The translations under genes and the position numbers were made by a program. Below, piece by piece: positions 17,417-39,715 of a DNA stretch of 64,000 nt. Within the stretch, counting starts at the first letter, position 1, and every line of letters starts with the position of its first letter. This DNA comes from the human T2T-CHM13v2.0 reference genome, Homo sapiens. A model generated the notes under the pieces. It was not told the origin of the DNA. It saw only the letters and a program-made list of their open reading frames with translations, and did no database searches. The stretch is from NCBI RefSeq assembly GCF_009914755.1, contig NC_060928.1; one strand, 5' to 3'.

Positions 17417-17894
17417 CTACCTGAGACAAGGGCTCTCCAGAGCGTCAACACTGGAGTGGAGTTCTCTAGCCTTTTAGAGAGGGCACAGGACACGTACAAG
17501 TGAAGACATATGGCAGAAAGAGCACGTAATGCTCAGGAACTGGCAAGAATTTGGTGGGAGGTAAATTTATGTGAAAATGGAACCTCTCAAAGTTAATATA
17601 TATTTTGGATGCCTAGGAGAGCTTCACCATGGTAATCTGAGAGAGCATCACTTCCCAAAACAATGCTTTACCCCTCAGGAAAAATGCTTGTTCATAAATA
17701 AAACAATGCTATGCTCATTTATAATAGGAGTCTCTCCATTTCCAGAAGTCCACCATTTCCCATTCAGATTTCAAATGCAGAATCTTTGACCTGTGACTCT
17801 GCAAAAACTAGCATCAAAGTAGAGTACAGGGGAATCATCCGTTTGCAATTATTAACTTATTTTCCTCTTATTTACACCACCTGGTATCACATTT

Positions 17895-18492
<598 letters not shown>

Positions 18493-18588
18493 TTATTTCT
18501 TCTTGTGAAACTGAAATGGCATCTGAACCTTAGTTAGGTTTACTAACGTCCTCATCCAATTTAGAATCAATGCAAACAATTTGGGACA

Positions 18589-19021
<433 letters not shown>

Positions 19022-19115
19022 GGGAGGCCCCTGGAAGATCGCTTTAGAAATACCTGAAACACTGATACACCTGTACATCCCTGCCAAGGGAATCGCTTAG
19101 AAAATCATTTTTCTC

Positions 19116-19715
<600 letters not shown>

Positions 19716-20109
19716 TCATTTTTCTCTTCTCTACCCCCACCCCCGCTTCCACCCACTTCAAATATGAAAATCTCCACGCTGCCCTGTTTCCTCCACCAGC
19801 ACTGTATAGGAATAAGAAAGACAACAGAAAGCATATTCTGCTATGGTCAGGAATATTTCTCTTAATTTGAGGGTACACACCTGAGGCCATTGCACACTGC
19901 TTCTCAGACTGGCTCTTTCTGAGATGTTTTGTAAAACAGCATGTTCCAGTGTCTTTCACATCTTTTGTACTGAGATAGCAAATCTGCAAGGAGTGACATT
20001 GGACCAAGATAGGAAAAGTCAAGGCCTTCTGGTACGACAGTCTTCCAGAATTGACGACACAGCTTGGTCTCGAAAGCTCTCATTATACGGCTACACGTCT
20101 TACTGGGGA

Positions 20110-20610
20110 GGAGCATATAAACTGTCAAAGCTACCGGACTCCTCTGCATGACATTCAAGGCCTCGCCTAACCGGACCTCAACCCTATATTCTCTTCTCTC
20201 CCTCTATTTCACTTCATTCGTGGTCAAACCGAGCCACTCTCTTGTCTCTGTTCCCTATATGCAACCTGATATATCAGTCTCAATGCCTTTGCTCATGCTA
20301 TCCTCATAGCCCAGAATATTCTTGCTCTGAATTCCATGGACCCAAATCCTTGTTTCTCCTGGCCACCTCCTTCAAGAAGCCCTCCTGACTGTCTCCCTCC
20401 TTTCCACTCCAATTTCTTTCTGTATCTCTTTTGTAAGTACTATCACTCTCTACCTTGATTTTTTACCTAGTAGTACTTATCATTTTCTATGGTTTATTAT
20501 TTTATTTCATGGGCTCCTTTAAGAGCACCTCGAGGTTGAAGACTGAGTATTACTGTATGATTAATCTTTGTATTCTATCTTTTTTGGCAGGCACCACAGA
20601 TTGCCACGCA
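20110..20610 (+). mobile_element. Old L2 fragment
   Basis: cattcaaggcc..tgcctttgctcatgct..cacctccttcaagaagccctcctgac. Confidence 0.55.
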
Positions 20611-20772
20611 ATAGACATTCCTCTCTTCTTTGCTAAGAGAGCTCCAAGGTCTCGTAGCTAACAGATGGACTGCTTGGCTTCAAAGCTCTTGAACCTTACC
20701 ACTATGCTATCAAGCACCCCGTGTGCTTAACACTATGCATTCTTCAGCTTTTCTTGGAGGAGGAAATAATCA

Positions 20773-21567
<795 letters not shown>

Positions 21568-22085
21568 TCAATTACTTTTTGCTGGTCTTCATGTATCTAT
21601 CTGCAGCCAGTGTGGACGCAGCCTCTCTGCACGCAGTCAGTGTTTGATAAGCTAGCATTCTAAGCCACAGAAGACAAGGAAAGCTGCAAGGGAATGCAAT
21701 GTGCCTAATCAGAGACATGGGCAAAGCATGCTGCTAAGATGAGAACTTTCAGGAGCAGGGACGTGACTATCCTTGGAGCTGTTCTTTCTGTCACAGGACA
21801 AATGGAATTTGCTGGTTTTGTCGACATGAGGTGGGAAAAGGAAGAGCAAGAGGAAAGAAGCTTAAAGCAGAGGAATAAGATAACATCATTCCGTGGATAG
21901 AGGTGGGAGGAGAAAGGTGGATCATTCCTGATCTCCTGAGGCAAGAGAAAAAGACAGGAGAATTCTTAGGTTTAAGGGGGGGAAGAGGTCTTTTATTCAC
22001 TTCCTGGTGCAGGCACATGTACCTATATATTGCTCTTTCTGTAGCCAGATTATTTACTCAGTGTAGTGTGTGTGCCTATGCTACA

Positions 22086-22330
22086 CAAGAGGTTAGCAAC
22101 CATTTTGTAAAGGGTCAGACGGGAAAAATTTTAGGCTTTTTGAGCCATACAGTTTGAGTGGCTACTACTCAAATCCACCATGTTGAGCAAAACAGTCATA
22201 AATAGGTCTTTACACTGTGTTCCAATAACATTGTATTTATGGACAATGAAATTTGACTTTCATCTAATGTCCCAAGTGGCCCAAAAGATTAATCTTCTTT
22301 TAATCTTCCTCCCTAACCATCAAGAATGCA
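22086..22330 (+). mobile_element. MER58-like hAT-Charlie
   Basis: tgtaaagggtcaga..aattttaggcttt..ctactcaaat..ctgtgttccaataacattgtatttatggaca. Confidence 0.7.
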
Positions 22331-22606
22331 AAGCCCCACGCCTTGTGTATGAGTACACACCATATGTAGCACAGGAAAAAGGACGTCCTTGGGAAGGATA
22401 ATCACTGCATTCAGGGGAGTGGCCACCCCTGAGAAGAGAGAGAGAGAATCAAGTTGAGGGGCACGAGGGGCTTCAGTTATCTCTCCAGTGGTTTATTCCT
22501 CATGTTGGTCCCAGATACAGAGGTGTTTGTTGTACCTTTCAGTAGGTCAGAAATAAAACAAATTTTTAAATATTAAGTATTTAAGTATTTAAAGTTTTAA
22601 TTTATC

Positions 22607-23250
<644 letters not shown>

Positions 23251-23853
23251 TTAAATATGTATTCATTTAAATGAATACTTTTTGAAATAATTTGATAAAC
23301 TGGAAATTTTAAATAAAACAAAACAATGCACATAAATGTGCCCAAGTTCATTACCATTTTTTTGCAGAAATGATTATGTTAGTAAAAGGCATTAAATAAA
23401 TAAGCAAACAAACAATAGCACCTGCCCATGAAAAGGCTCTTATTTCAGTTTTTGAATCACCATGAAAAATTTTCCTGAGCATCTAGCCAGAAGGAGCAGA
23501 CACTGGCAAAAATGTATTCACCTCTCTAATCTTAAGTCTCTTGATTTCATTTCTGCATTAAAGCATTTTCTGTTTTCTAAAACAAGATCTTTTGGTCAAT
23601 TTAGCATACCAACTGCTAGCCTAACTCCACAAAACGGAATCTTTTTAAGGCAGGGAGCTATATTAAGTCTCCAACATTCACTTTCTGAAAATTCTTTAGT
23701 GTATTATTGCATAGCAGAGTAGTGTGACAAGGATCAAAAGATTAGAAACAATTTCAATTAACTCCTTCTACTAATATACAGAGGACTGACCACTGAATTT
23801 TGCCGCAATGTCTAATGGGAAATAAAGTGCGCACACAGGAGATTTACCATTGA

Positions 23854-24178
<325 letters not shown>

Positions 24179-24597
24179 CAATCATAGAACTTTAAAATGA
24201 TGCTTTGTCTCAAAAAAAAAGAAGAGACAAATAAATAAATAGGTGAATTTTTAAAAATAAAATGCTGCTTTAAAGAATAAAAACATCGCAAATGCTTTGC
24301 AGGAATGAAAGTCTGAAAATGATGTAATATAGTAAGAGTACAAATTAAGCTATTTTTAAAAAATCCTTTGATTTAGGGTTTCTACATTCTATATTCTATA
24401 GTGTCCATCTGTCCTCTGCTCATATGTGTTTAAGCCATAAATGAATTATCAGAAAGTCTTTTATTCTTGTAAAACCAAAAAAAAAAAAAAAGAGTTGGGG
24501 AGGAGGAATCTGCCGTAATTTATTCATCATCCTTGACTTCAATAAATAATTAGTACTGGTAAACATTATTCTATAATTATTAGAAAGAGAAGTCCCT

Positions 24598-24900
24598 GGC
24601 CAGGCATAGTGGCTCATACCTGTAATCCCAGCACTTGAGGAGGCCAAGGTGGGCAGATCACTTGAGGTCAGGAGTTCAAGACCAGCCCGGCCAACATGAT
24701 GAAGCCCCAACTCTACTAAAAGCAAATACAAAATTAGCTAGGTGTGGTGGCACACCCCTGTAATCCCAGCTACATAGGAGGTTGAGGCAAGAGAATGGCT
24801 TGAACCCAGGAGGCGGAGGTTGCAGTGGGCCGAGATCACACCACTGGACTCCAGCCTGGGCGATAGAACAAGACTCCGTCTCAAAAAAAAAAAAAAAAGA
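24598..24900 (+). mobile_element. AluSx-like
   Basis: TSD agaaagagaagtccct. Confidence 0.94.
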
Positions 24901-25033
24901 AAGAGAAGTCCCTAAAGTTCAAATGCCACAAAATAGAGAAAATAAGTTCAGCAGGATTTTCAAATCCAAATAGGTACTTACACTTACCACCCCCAACCCA
25001 GGAAAATGGAAACCCATTTAGGTTGATCCTTAG

Positions 25034-25545
25034 TGTGGCAGATTTAAAATGTCTGTAAACTCTCTGACACTCCTCTCATTGAGAAGTGGGATCCACTCTT
25101 TCTCCACTTGAACCTGAGTGGGCTCTGTGCCTGCTTCAACCCAGAAGTGACACTCTTCCAGCTTCCAAACCCAGGCCTGGTAGCTTTGCTGTCCTATCTC
25201 TTGGGACACTCACGCTTGGGACACTTTGAAATGTAAGAAGTCCAACCACCCTGCAGGAGAGGCCTTATGGAGAGGCCCTGAAACGTTCCTGCCAAGGTGT
25301 CAGGCATGTGAGCAAAGCCATCTTAAATCATCAAGCCTTCAGATGAGAATACAGAAATGAATTAGAAAAAAAAAAAAAATCCTCAAGCCAGACTAGCCAC
25401 AAGTTGAATACTACCAACTAACCCCAGGTAATGCACATGTAGCAGAATCTCCCAGCTAAGCTCTGCCCAAATCTGGTCCAAATCATGAGATAGTAGGCAC
25501 TCAGTGAATATAGGGTGGTTTGTTGTACATCAAGAGATAACTGAG
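25034..25545 (+). mobile_element. MLT1 (ERVL-MaLR) LTR
   Basis: tgtggcagattt..tgacactcctctcattgagaagtgg..atgtaagaagtcca..catgtgagcaaagccatc..gtggtttgtt..agataactga. Confidence 0.75.
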
Positions 25546-25633
25546 CCCTTGGCATCATTCTAGAAACTACACACTAATATACCCCTACACTTTAAATTTT
25601 TGGATGAGTGCCTTTCCCACGCCAAAGGAGGAA

Positions 25634-25938
25634 TTTTTTTTTTCTTTTCCTGAGACAAGGCCTCACTCTGTTGCCCAGGCTGGAGTCCACTGGCGCCATC
25701 ATAGCTCACTGCGGCCTTGACCTCCTGGGCTCAAAGTGATCCTCCCACCTCAGCCTCCTGAGCAGCTGGGACTACAGCCATAATACCTGGCTAATTTTTT
25801 TATGAATTTTTTTTTTTTTGTAGAGACAGGGTGTTGCTGTGGTGACCAGGCTGGTCTGGAATGTGTGGTCTCAAGCAATCCTCCTGTCTCTGCCTCCAAA
25901 AGTGTTGGCGTTACAGGTATAAGCCACCACAACTGGCC
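25634..25938 (-). mobile_element. AluJ
   Basis: Reverse-complement dimer. Confidence 0.9.
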
Positions 25939-25978
25939 TAAAGAAGGGATCTTAATTGATACTATTCTTGAAAGCAGA

Positions 25979-26642
<664 letters not shown>

Positions 26643-27511
26643 AAGAAGAACATAAAAAAGATCTTCCTAGTAAGCCTTTCCAGTCACAGCCTCAAGTGCC
26701 GCACGGAAATGATGATGTAACCATCACCGTAAGAATTCAAGGCCAGGACGGAAGCAATGAAGAAGCATAGCAACTGAACCCTCCAAATACCAAATCAGGA
26801 AGACCTGAATCTGGATCTGCTTTGCTATAATTAGCTGTGTGTTTTAGGGCAAGTTGCTTAGCCTTTCTGAGTCTACTTGCTCAACTGTAAAATAGAGACA
26901 CTGGTAACAGCAATCTCAGAGAACTATAAATGAGTGCCTGGCCCAAGGGAAGTTCTTGGTGCACATGCTTGTCAGATCATGACTATCGCTAATGTTGGAG
27001 AGGCATTTCTACATTGGATGGTGTGTCAAACCAGAAAGCCCCGCTGGCCCTGTCCAGATAAAAACATGCTGGATCATTCCATGACCACTCATGGAAAGTT
27101 CATGTGTGCAGAAAACTACCTGAACGCAACGGAAAAGATTTCAATGACATCTCAATCAAGTCAATGGCATTCTCTTTTTGTTAGCTTGAGGTTAATTTGT
27201 ACTTAAGAGCCTTAATTATTTAAGCAGAAAAGCAGCAAAAGAACAATGGATTTAAACTGGCATGCCAAAAAAGCTTCGCTTGCTTGTTTGTTGGCTTGAC
27301 GTAATTAGTTACAAGGCTTCCATTGTGGATTTATCATGTATACTGTTTGCCACTCTTCCCGCACTGGCCTCCTTCCTCTGCTCTCTGTTCCTGGAAACTA
27401 CGAGTCCAACTGCCAACCCCAGGTGGCCCCAAGTTGTGGTGAAAAGAACAGGCCTTAAAGGAAATTGTTTCAGTTCAGCCACTTACTAGCCCTTCAATTT
27501 AGGGGAAATTA

Positions 27512-28405
<894 letters not shown>

Positions 28406-28479
28406 TCAGCTCTTTATTTCTTCCTGAAACAGGAAAAGTTTTTATTTTTGCAAATCACTTTTCTTCCCATTTTTTAAAA

Positions 28480-29155
28480 TATAAACTTTTCACTGAAGTA
28501 TCATATATAAATAGAAAATTCACAAGTTAAGAGAGTACCCCAGGCCAGGTGTGATGGTCCACCATGCCTGTAATCCCAGCACTTTGGGAGGCTGAAGCAT
28601 GTGATTGCTTGAGCCCAGGAGTTCAAGGCTGGCCTGAGCAATATAGTCAGATCCCATCTTTAAAAAAAAATTTTTTTTGAAGAGTACTCCTCAGTCAACT
28701 TTAACAAACTGAACATAGTACTTATATAGTCAGCACCCCAGAAGTCCTACATATAGTCATCGCCCACCAAAGGTTGACTGCTCTCCTGATTTCTAACACT
28801 AGATTCATTTTGTCTGTTTTTGAACTTTATATAAAAGAGATTTTGCAGGATACACCCTATTAGCTTCTTTCACTGAACATGGGTTTGTGGCTTTAAGCAC
28901 ATTTTTGCATACCATAATAGTTGTTTGTTCTCATTTTATGTAGTATCCCATTCAATGAATAAGCCACAATTTTTTAATTCATCTACTATTAATGGATATC
29001 TGAGTTGCTTCCAGTATGGGGATATTTTTAATGGTGCTATTAAGGGCATTGTTAAACTTTTCCTTTGGTGAACATATGTATAAATTTCTGTTGAGTATAT
29101 AACCTAGGAGTGGAATCACTGAGTCATAATGTACATATATTTTTAGATTTAGTGA
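28480..29155 (-). mobile_element. L1M 3' fragment with a FLAM insertion (28543-28670, +)
   Basis: ttttgtctgtttttgaactttatataaa..gtagtatcccatt..ggatatctgagttgcttccag..cctaggagtggaatcactgagtcata. Confidence 0.8.
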
Positions 29156-29175
29156 CTCCTCTTTGGCACTAGGCT

Positions 29176-29540
29176 TCTTCTCCTCTCCTCCCTCCTCTCC
29201 TTTCCCCTCCCCTCCTCTCCTCTTCTCTCCTCTCTCTCCCTCTCTCTCTCTTTTTTTTGAGATAGGGTCTCATCCTGTCACCCAGGCTTGAGTGCAATGG
29301 CATGACCTTGGCTCACTGCAGCCTCGACCTCCAGGCTCAAGTGCTACTCCCACCTCAGCCTCACAAGTAGCTGGGATGACAGGAGCACACCACCACACCC
29401 AGCTAATTTTTGTATTTTTTGTAGAGACGGGGTTTCACCATGTTGCCCAGGCTGGTCTCGAGCTCCTGAGCTCAAGTAATCTGCCTGCCTCGGCCTCCCA
29501 AAATTCTGGGATTACAGGCGTGAGCCACACTCCCAGCCGG
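29176..29540 (-). mobile_element. AluJb with a (CTCCT)n polypyrimidine tail (29176-29258)
   Basis: Reverse-complement dimer. Confidence 0.9.
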
Positions 29541-29916
29541 CACCAGGCATTTCAATCAGTGCTGATTTTATGTTCCTGTCCCTGACTCCAGGATCTCATT
29601 CCTTCATTCAGTCTCCACACAACCAACCACACCCAGCATAGTGAAAAACAGCACTGATCATGTTCATTTCAAAACATGTTTTGGGAATGCTGCGATCCAT
29701 AACACTTACCATCACATTCAAGGTCTTCACCCTTTGGCCCTAACCAACCATTTATCCATTCAACAAATAATGTCCCCAACCTTGAGACACCTCACAGTCT
29801 GGTAGGGACAAACTAAACAAGTGTCTGTAATATTACACAGGACCTGGCAGAGCCAAGTTCTGGAGGGATCCAGAAGATCTGAGATGCTTTAAGAGAAGTT
29901 ATTTGAGCTGGTCCTA

Positions 29917-30961
<1,045 letters not shown>

Positions 30962-31044
30962 GCGCCACATGGCTCTTACAAAAGTGCATGAGCCAGCTCT
31001 GGGGCTGGAGCACAGACCGAACCCCAGTTTTGAAGGGCCTAGTA

Positions 31045-31958
<914 letters not shown>

Positions 31959-32229
31959 GTAGAGAATCAGGGGACTTCTGGGAAATGTGGTCTCGGTAAG
32001 AAAAAAAAGAAAAGAAAAACGGTGGACTAGTGGCAGTTTTTAACAAGTGAATGACATGGTCAGATCTGTCTTCCAGATGGACAGCTACTGACAGCAGAGG
32101 ACACACAATCTCTGGCCTCATCCATCACTCTCTCCTGCACCCTCTTTGCCCTTTAGCCCCACCTGGACAGTTTCACCGACGGCCCGCCTGGCCCCAAGCC
32201 CCTGCTCTGCAGCACAGCTTGGTGGTTGA

Positions 32230-32630
32230 GAGATGAACTCTGAAGCCACACTGCCTGGATTTGGTCTCTGGCTCTCCACTTGCTGGCTGGCAACCTGGGC
32301 AAATTGCTTTACCTCTTTGTGCCTCATTTGCCATCTAGTAGGGTTGTGATGAGGACTGAGGAAGTTACTATTTGTAAAGGACTTGAAATGTGCATGGCAT
32401 TCAGTAAGTACTGAGATGTAAGTACTAACATGAACATGTGTTACAAGCCTGAGCAACACAGTGACACCTCCTCTCTACTAAAAACAAAAACAAAAATAAG
32501 TTAGCCAGGCGTGGAGAGGCTGAGGTGGGAGGATCACTTGAGACCAGGAGATCGAGGCTGCAGTGAACTATTATTGTGTCACTCTACTCCAGCCTGGGCA
32601 ACTGAGCAAGACCCTGTCAGAAAAAAAGCC
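32230..32630 (+). mobile_element. MIR (32230-32430) plus AluJ fragment (32447-32630)
   Basis: ctgggcaaattgctttacctctttgtgcctca; partial Alu. Confidence 0.8.
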
Positions 32631-32729
32631 CGCAAACATATGTGTTACTTTAAAATGATGTGTTTTATCTTCCGTAAATCACAACATCTCTTCTACGCTG
32701 TGCAAAAATCTATTTATTCAAAGTCCAGC

Positions 32730-33810
32730 TGAACCCAAACATCCATCAACTGATGAATGGATGAACAAAATCTGGTATGTCCGTACAATGGACTATTATA
32801 TTACTCAGCCATAAAAAGGAATGAAGTATTGATAGATGCCACAACATGGATGGATCCTGAAAACATATATGCTAAGAGAAATAAGCCAGACATGAGAGGC
32901 CACATATCGTATGGTTCTATTTATGCGAGATGTCCAGACAGGCAAATCTATAGTCAAAAAGTTGATTACTGGTTGCCAGGGGATGGGAGAGAGAGAAATG
33001 AGAAGTGATTGCTTAATAGGTTTGGACTTTCTTTCTGGGGTAATGAAAATATTCTGGAATAGGGCGGAGCATGGTGATTCATGCCTGTAATCCCAGCACT
33101 TTAAGAGGCTGTGGCAGGAGGATCACTTGAGCCCAGGAGTTTGAGACCAGCCTGTACAACACAGTGGGACTCCATCTCTACAAAAAATTTTAAAATTATC
33201 CAGGTATGGTGGCACACGCCTCTAATTCTAGCTATTCAGGAGGCTGCATTGGGAGGATTGCTTGAGCCTGGGAGATCGGGGCTGCAGAGAGCTGCGGTCA
33301 CATCACTGCACTCTAGCCTGGGCCACAGAGTGAGACCATGTCTCAAAGTAAAATAAGAAAAAGAAAAGAAAATATTCTGGAATAGATCATGGTGGTGGTT
33401 GCACAACTTTGTGAATTACTAAAAGCCACTGCATTTTCTACTTTAAAATGGCGAATTTTCAGCCAGGCGCGGTGTCTCGTGCCTGTAATCCTAGCACTTT
33501 GGGAGGTTGAGGCGGAAAGATTGCCTGTGTTCAAGAGTTGAAGACCAGCCTGGGCAACATGGTGAAACTTCATCTCTACTAAAATACAAAAAATTGGCCA
33601 GGCATGGCAGCCTACACCTATAGACCCAGCTACTCAGCAGGCTGAGGCAGAATTGCTTAAACCAGGGAGGTGGAGGTTGCAGTGAGCTGAGATCACACCA
33701 CTGCACTCCAGCCTGGGCAACAGAGCGAAACTCCATCTCCAAAAAAAAAAGGTGAATTTTCTAATTTAAAATGGTGAATTTCGCAGTACGCTAATTATAT
33801 CTCAGAAAAA
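32730..33810 (+). mobile_element. L1MB 3' end with two inserted Alus (33062-33370; 33462-33750)
   Basis: catccatcaactgatgaatggatgaacaaaa..cagccataaaaaggaatgaagt; 18-bp TSD gaaaatattctggaatag. Confidence 0.88.
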
Positions 33811-34623
33811 AAAAATCTAGCTAAAAGATCACCCTTCTTCCCCAACTGTCCCTCCTGTGGGCTCCCTGTTCAATATCACATGCCATGTTATAGTACAGTG
33901 AGTTGGACACAAGTGAGTTGTCCCCACATGAGTGTGAGCATCTGAGGGCAGGAAGAGTGTCCTGTTCACCTACAACTCCCCAGAACTCAGCAGAGTGACC
34001 AATAGGTACCAAGTAGTTGCTCCAGTAAATGCTCACTGATATAATAAGCAGAGCATTATCATTTGAGGGGAAGGCAGACTTGGAGATTAATTTATTTTCC
34101 AAAATGGGCAGGCTCTAAATTACCAACCTGGTAGCAAAGAAACAACTGCCTCTGCTCAGGGGCCCAATCCATATCGAGTATTAAGACCAAGTACGAAATA
34201 GCAATAAAAAGCCCTTTCTTTTGTCAATGAGAGTGAAACAAGCTTAGACTTGGATCTCTTTTTCTATCCTGTCAACTAGGCTTGATGATGCTGGACAAAC
34301 TGCAAATCCTGAACTTAGAGACTGTTGCAGCAATAACCATTTTGACTGTGATAATATCATTCTGCTCAAGTTGGTGTTAGTAAGGCAAGTACAATCCTAA
34401 AATTCTGGCATGAAAGGCACACTCTGGGTGAGCACATGTTGTGAAGTAAATGTAAATAGCAGAAATCCCACAAACATGGAACCAATGAATGAAGTTAAAT
34501 CTTATATGTACATTCCTTAGAGTTGGCCCACTCATCCTGCTGTCATTGCTGATTTGGAAAAACGAGATGACACGAAACATGTGAGCTCTCTGCAGTGTTT
34601 GGCTATGTCTCCATACCTCTTCT

Positions 34624-35250
34624 TTTATTTATTTATTTATTTATTTATTTGATAGAGTTTCACTCTTGTCGCCCAGGCTGGAGTGCGGTGGCATGATCTC
34701 AGCTCACTGCAGCTCCGCCTACCGGGTTCAAGTGATTCTCCTGCCTCAGCCTCCTGAGTAGCTGGGATTATAGGTGCCCACCACCACGTCCAGCTATTTT
34801 TTTGTATTTTTAGTAGAAATGGGGTTTAGCCATGTTGACCAGGCTGGTCTTAAACTCCCGACCGTGATTCACCCACCTCAGCCTCCCAAAGTGCTGGGAT
34901 TACAGGTATGAGCCACCATGCCTGGCCTGCTAATTTTTTATTTTTATTTTTATTGGTTTTTTTTTTTTGAGACTGAGACTCACTCTATGGCCCACATTGG
35001 AGTGCAGTGCCACAATCTTGGCTCACGGTAACCTCCGCCTCCCAGGTTCAAGTGATTCTTGTGCCTCAGCCTCTAGAGTAAGTGGGATTACAGGCACCCG
35101 CCACCACGCCCGGCTAATTTTTGTATTTTTAGTAGAGACAGGGTTTCACCATGTTGGCCAGGCTGGTCTCGAACTCCTGACCTCAAGTGATCTGCCCGAC
35201 TCAGCCTCCCAAAGTGCTGGGATTACAGGCGTGAGTCACTGCGCCCAGCC
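34624..35250 (-). mobile_element. Two tandem AluS
   Basis: Reverse-complement dimers. Confidence 0.93.
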
Positions 35251-35451
35251 ATGACCTTTTTCTTCTTTTTTAGCTTCCATTTTTCTCTGCTTTCTATAAA
35301 TTATATGCTTTGCGCATGAGACAAAGTCCTTGCCATCTGGTTTCTTCCCGCCTCTTCAGCCTCATCTCTCTCTAGGTTCCGGAATCCCTCTCCAAATGGT
35401 AACTAACTACCTGCTTTTCATATCTCTGGATCTCATTTAAGGCTCATTCAA

Positions 35452-35765
35452 GCCAGGCGCTGTGGCTCACACCTGTAATCCCAGCATTTTGGGAGGCTGA
35501 GGAGGGCAGATCACCTGAGGTCAGGAGTTCAAGACCAGCCTGACCAACATGGAGAAACTGTCTCTACTAAAAATACAAAATTAGCCGGGTGTGGTGCCGC
35601 ATGCCTGTAATCCCAGCTATTCAGGAGGCTGAGGCAGGAGAATTGCTTGAACCGGGAGGCGGAGGTTGCAGTGACCCGAGATCACGCCACTGCACTCCAG
35701 CCTGGGTGCCAAAAGTGAAACTCTGTCTCAAAATAAAAACAAACAAACAAACAAACAAAAAAACC
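35452..35765 (+). mobile_element. AluSp-like
   Basis: acatggagaaac diagnostic. Confidence 0.92.
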
Positions 35766-35784
35766 TCATTTAAGAATCATCTCT

Positions 35785-36300
<516 letters not shown>

Positions 36301-36656
36301 TGACATGGTTTGGCTGTGTTCCCATTCAAATCTCAACTTGAATTGTATCTCCCAGAATTCCCATGTGGTGTGGGAGGAACCCAGGGGGGAGGTAATTGAA
36401 TCATGGGGGCCGGTCTTTTCCAGACTATTCTCGTGATAGTGAATAAGTGTCACCAGATCTGAGGGGTTTATGAGGGGTTTCTGCTTTCACTTCTTCCTCA
36501 TTCTCTCTTGCTGCTGCCATGTAAGAAGTGCCTTTCACCCTCCCCCATGATTATGAGAGAACTCCCCAGCCATGGGGAACTGTTAAGTCCAATTAAACCT
36601 TTTTCTTCCCAGTCTCGGGTATGTTTTTATCAGCAGCATGAAAACAGACTAATACA
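36301..36656 (+). mobile_element. THE1A-type MaLR solo LTR
   Basis: tgacatggtttggctgtgt..gaattgtatctcccagaattccc..aaaacagactaataca; perfect 5-bp TSD CTATG (36296-36300, 36657-36661). Confidence 0.95.
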
Positions 36657-37083
36657 CTATGTAAATATTAAGTATGTTAAAAGTCTTATCTTTATGAGGA
36701 GTCCCCTAAACGTTTCCCTCATCCCCTGCTGTGCCTCCTCAGGTTAAACTGATGCTACTGATTCCTATCATAGCATCTAGAAAATTTCATGGGACTCATT
36801 TTTAATGCTTCAGTCTCTCTAGGTAAATGTAGGCACAAAATAAATGGTTTTCAATGAATCAATGGATGGATAAATGAATATCTCTATTCTAGAAAGCACA
36901 AAAGAGTATTTTATTTTATTTTTGCTTACGTGTCTGATTTAGTCTGTGAGCTTCTCAACAACCCAGAATACTTCTGATACATTTTGTATCTCCAATGCCT
37001 GACCCAGAACCTGTATCCACTCAATGAATAAATGGCTGGAGTTGTTGCTACTCAAAAGAAAACAACAACAAAAAACCCACATA

Positions 37084-38165
<1,082 letters not shown>

Positions 38166-39311
38166 GAAGTATAGCTAGAAATTCTAAGAATGACTTTGTC
38201 TAAAATATATTCTCTGAAGTCTGCAGAAACTAGGATGAGCAGTTCTTTAATCTGATCCAACAGGGCATTTGTAGGACTTTTGTGACCTTAAATGAACTGA
38301 AATAACACAAAAGGTCATCAGAGAATGTCCAAGCTTCTCAGTACACATCATTTTCCCATTTATTAAATTTGAAGGTATCTTATATTCAGCAAAAATGAGA
38401 GCTCATTCAGCTGCATTTTATTTCCACTACAAAGAAGTCAAACCTAGAACCCATGTCAATTTGCAGAGGGATCTTCATTCACCTATGATCTTCATCCCCT
38501 AGGCTTTTGTTTCATTTCCTTTGGTTGTAATTAATTTATTATGGAAACTTAGGTAAACTCAGCTTCTCTCAGCCAGGAACAACTGCAAACACATTTATTT
38601 ATCTTTCTTCCCCAAATCTACAAGACATCAAATATTGACTAAAAGGTTTCTTCAAAGGAAAGTCAGCCTGGTACACGGAGCTCATTTCTAGCCATCCTTG
38701 AATGTTTGCTGTTTTCCCAAAGCTGCTGACAGTCCAGCTATACACCAGCATGTGTTCATTTAATATAAGTGTCTCGCCATGAAGCTGAAAGCACTGTACA
38801 ATGATTTTTATTTTTTTTGCTTTAAATGAAGTCAAGATACAGTCTTAATAAAACATAGGACAACTTCATTTTAACCAAACCTAAACCTTTAAACTTCAGG
38901 CATCTTTAGGTCTGAAAAGATTCTACTAACAACTTTCTCAAAGTTCAGCTTTGTCCAAAATATATAAATATCAAGAAGTCCCTCAATAAAAAAAAAGTAT
39001 ACCAAAACTCTGGGGATATTCTAATGACATTAGTAGCCTCGAAAGAAAAATTCTTAGAATCTGAGAAGGAAACAGTGAAGTGACTGAATCCACAAGAAAG
39101 GGAAAAATAAACTACGAAATGACTTTTCTAGCAGGCTGCTGTTAAAACACTTAACATTCCTAAGAACAGAGTTCAGTTCAACTTTTTACTGACCTTCTCC
39201 CCTCATACCTTCTTAGACCCTGCATCATCAGAAGACAGATGAGTTTAACTCATTGGTGATAAAAAACTAAAGAAAGGAATGCTGTTCATGGTGTGTAAGA
39301 CAGTAGTAACA

Positions 39312-39455
39312 GGCCAGGTATGGTGACTCATGCTTGTAATCCCAGCACTTTGGGAGGCCAAGGCAGGAGGATTGCTTGAACCAGGAGTTCAAGACCAGCC
39401 TGGACAACATAGTGAGATCCCATGTCTTAAAAAATAAAACTTAAAAAAAAAAAAA
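39312..39455 (+). mobile_element. FLAM_C
   Basis: Left monomer with A tail; TSD gacagtagt. Confidence 0.85.
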
Positions 39456-39488
39456 AGGACAGTAGTGACTGTGGAGAACAGTCTAGAA

Positions 39489-39715
39489 TTGGGTTTCTCA
39501 GCCTCAGCCCTATGGACATTTTGGGCTGGATAATTCTTTGTTTTGAGTGGTTCTCCTGGGCATTGTAGGATGTCCAGCAGTACACCTGGCCTTTACCTAC
39601 TAGATGCCAGAAGCTCCCAATCCCCATCCCCACTACTGCCTCCCACATTGTGACAACCAAAAACATCTCCAGACATTACCAAATGTTCCTTGGAAGACAA
39701 AATCTAGAACCACCA
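39489..39715 (-). mobile_element. MER20
   Basis: ggtttctcagcctcagc..ggacattttgggctggataattctttg..tgtgacaaccaaaaacatctccagacatt. Confidence 0.88.
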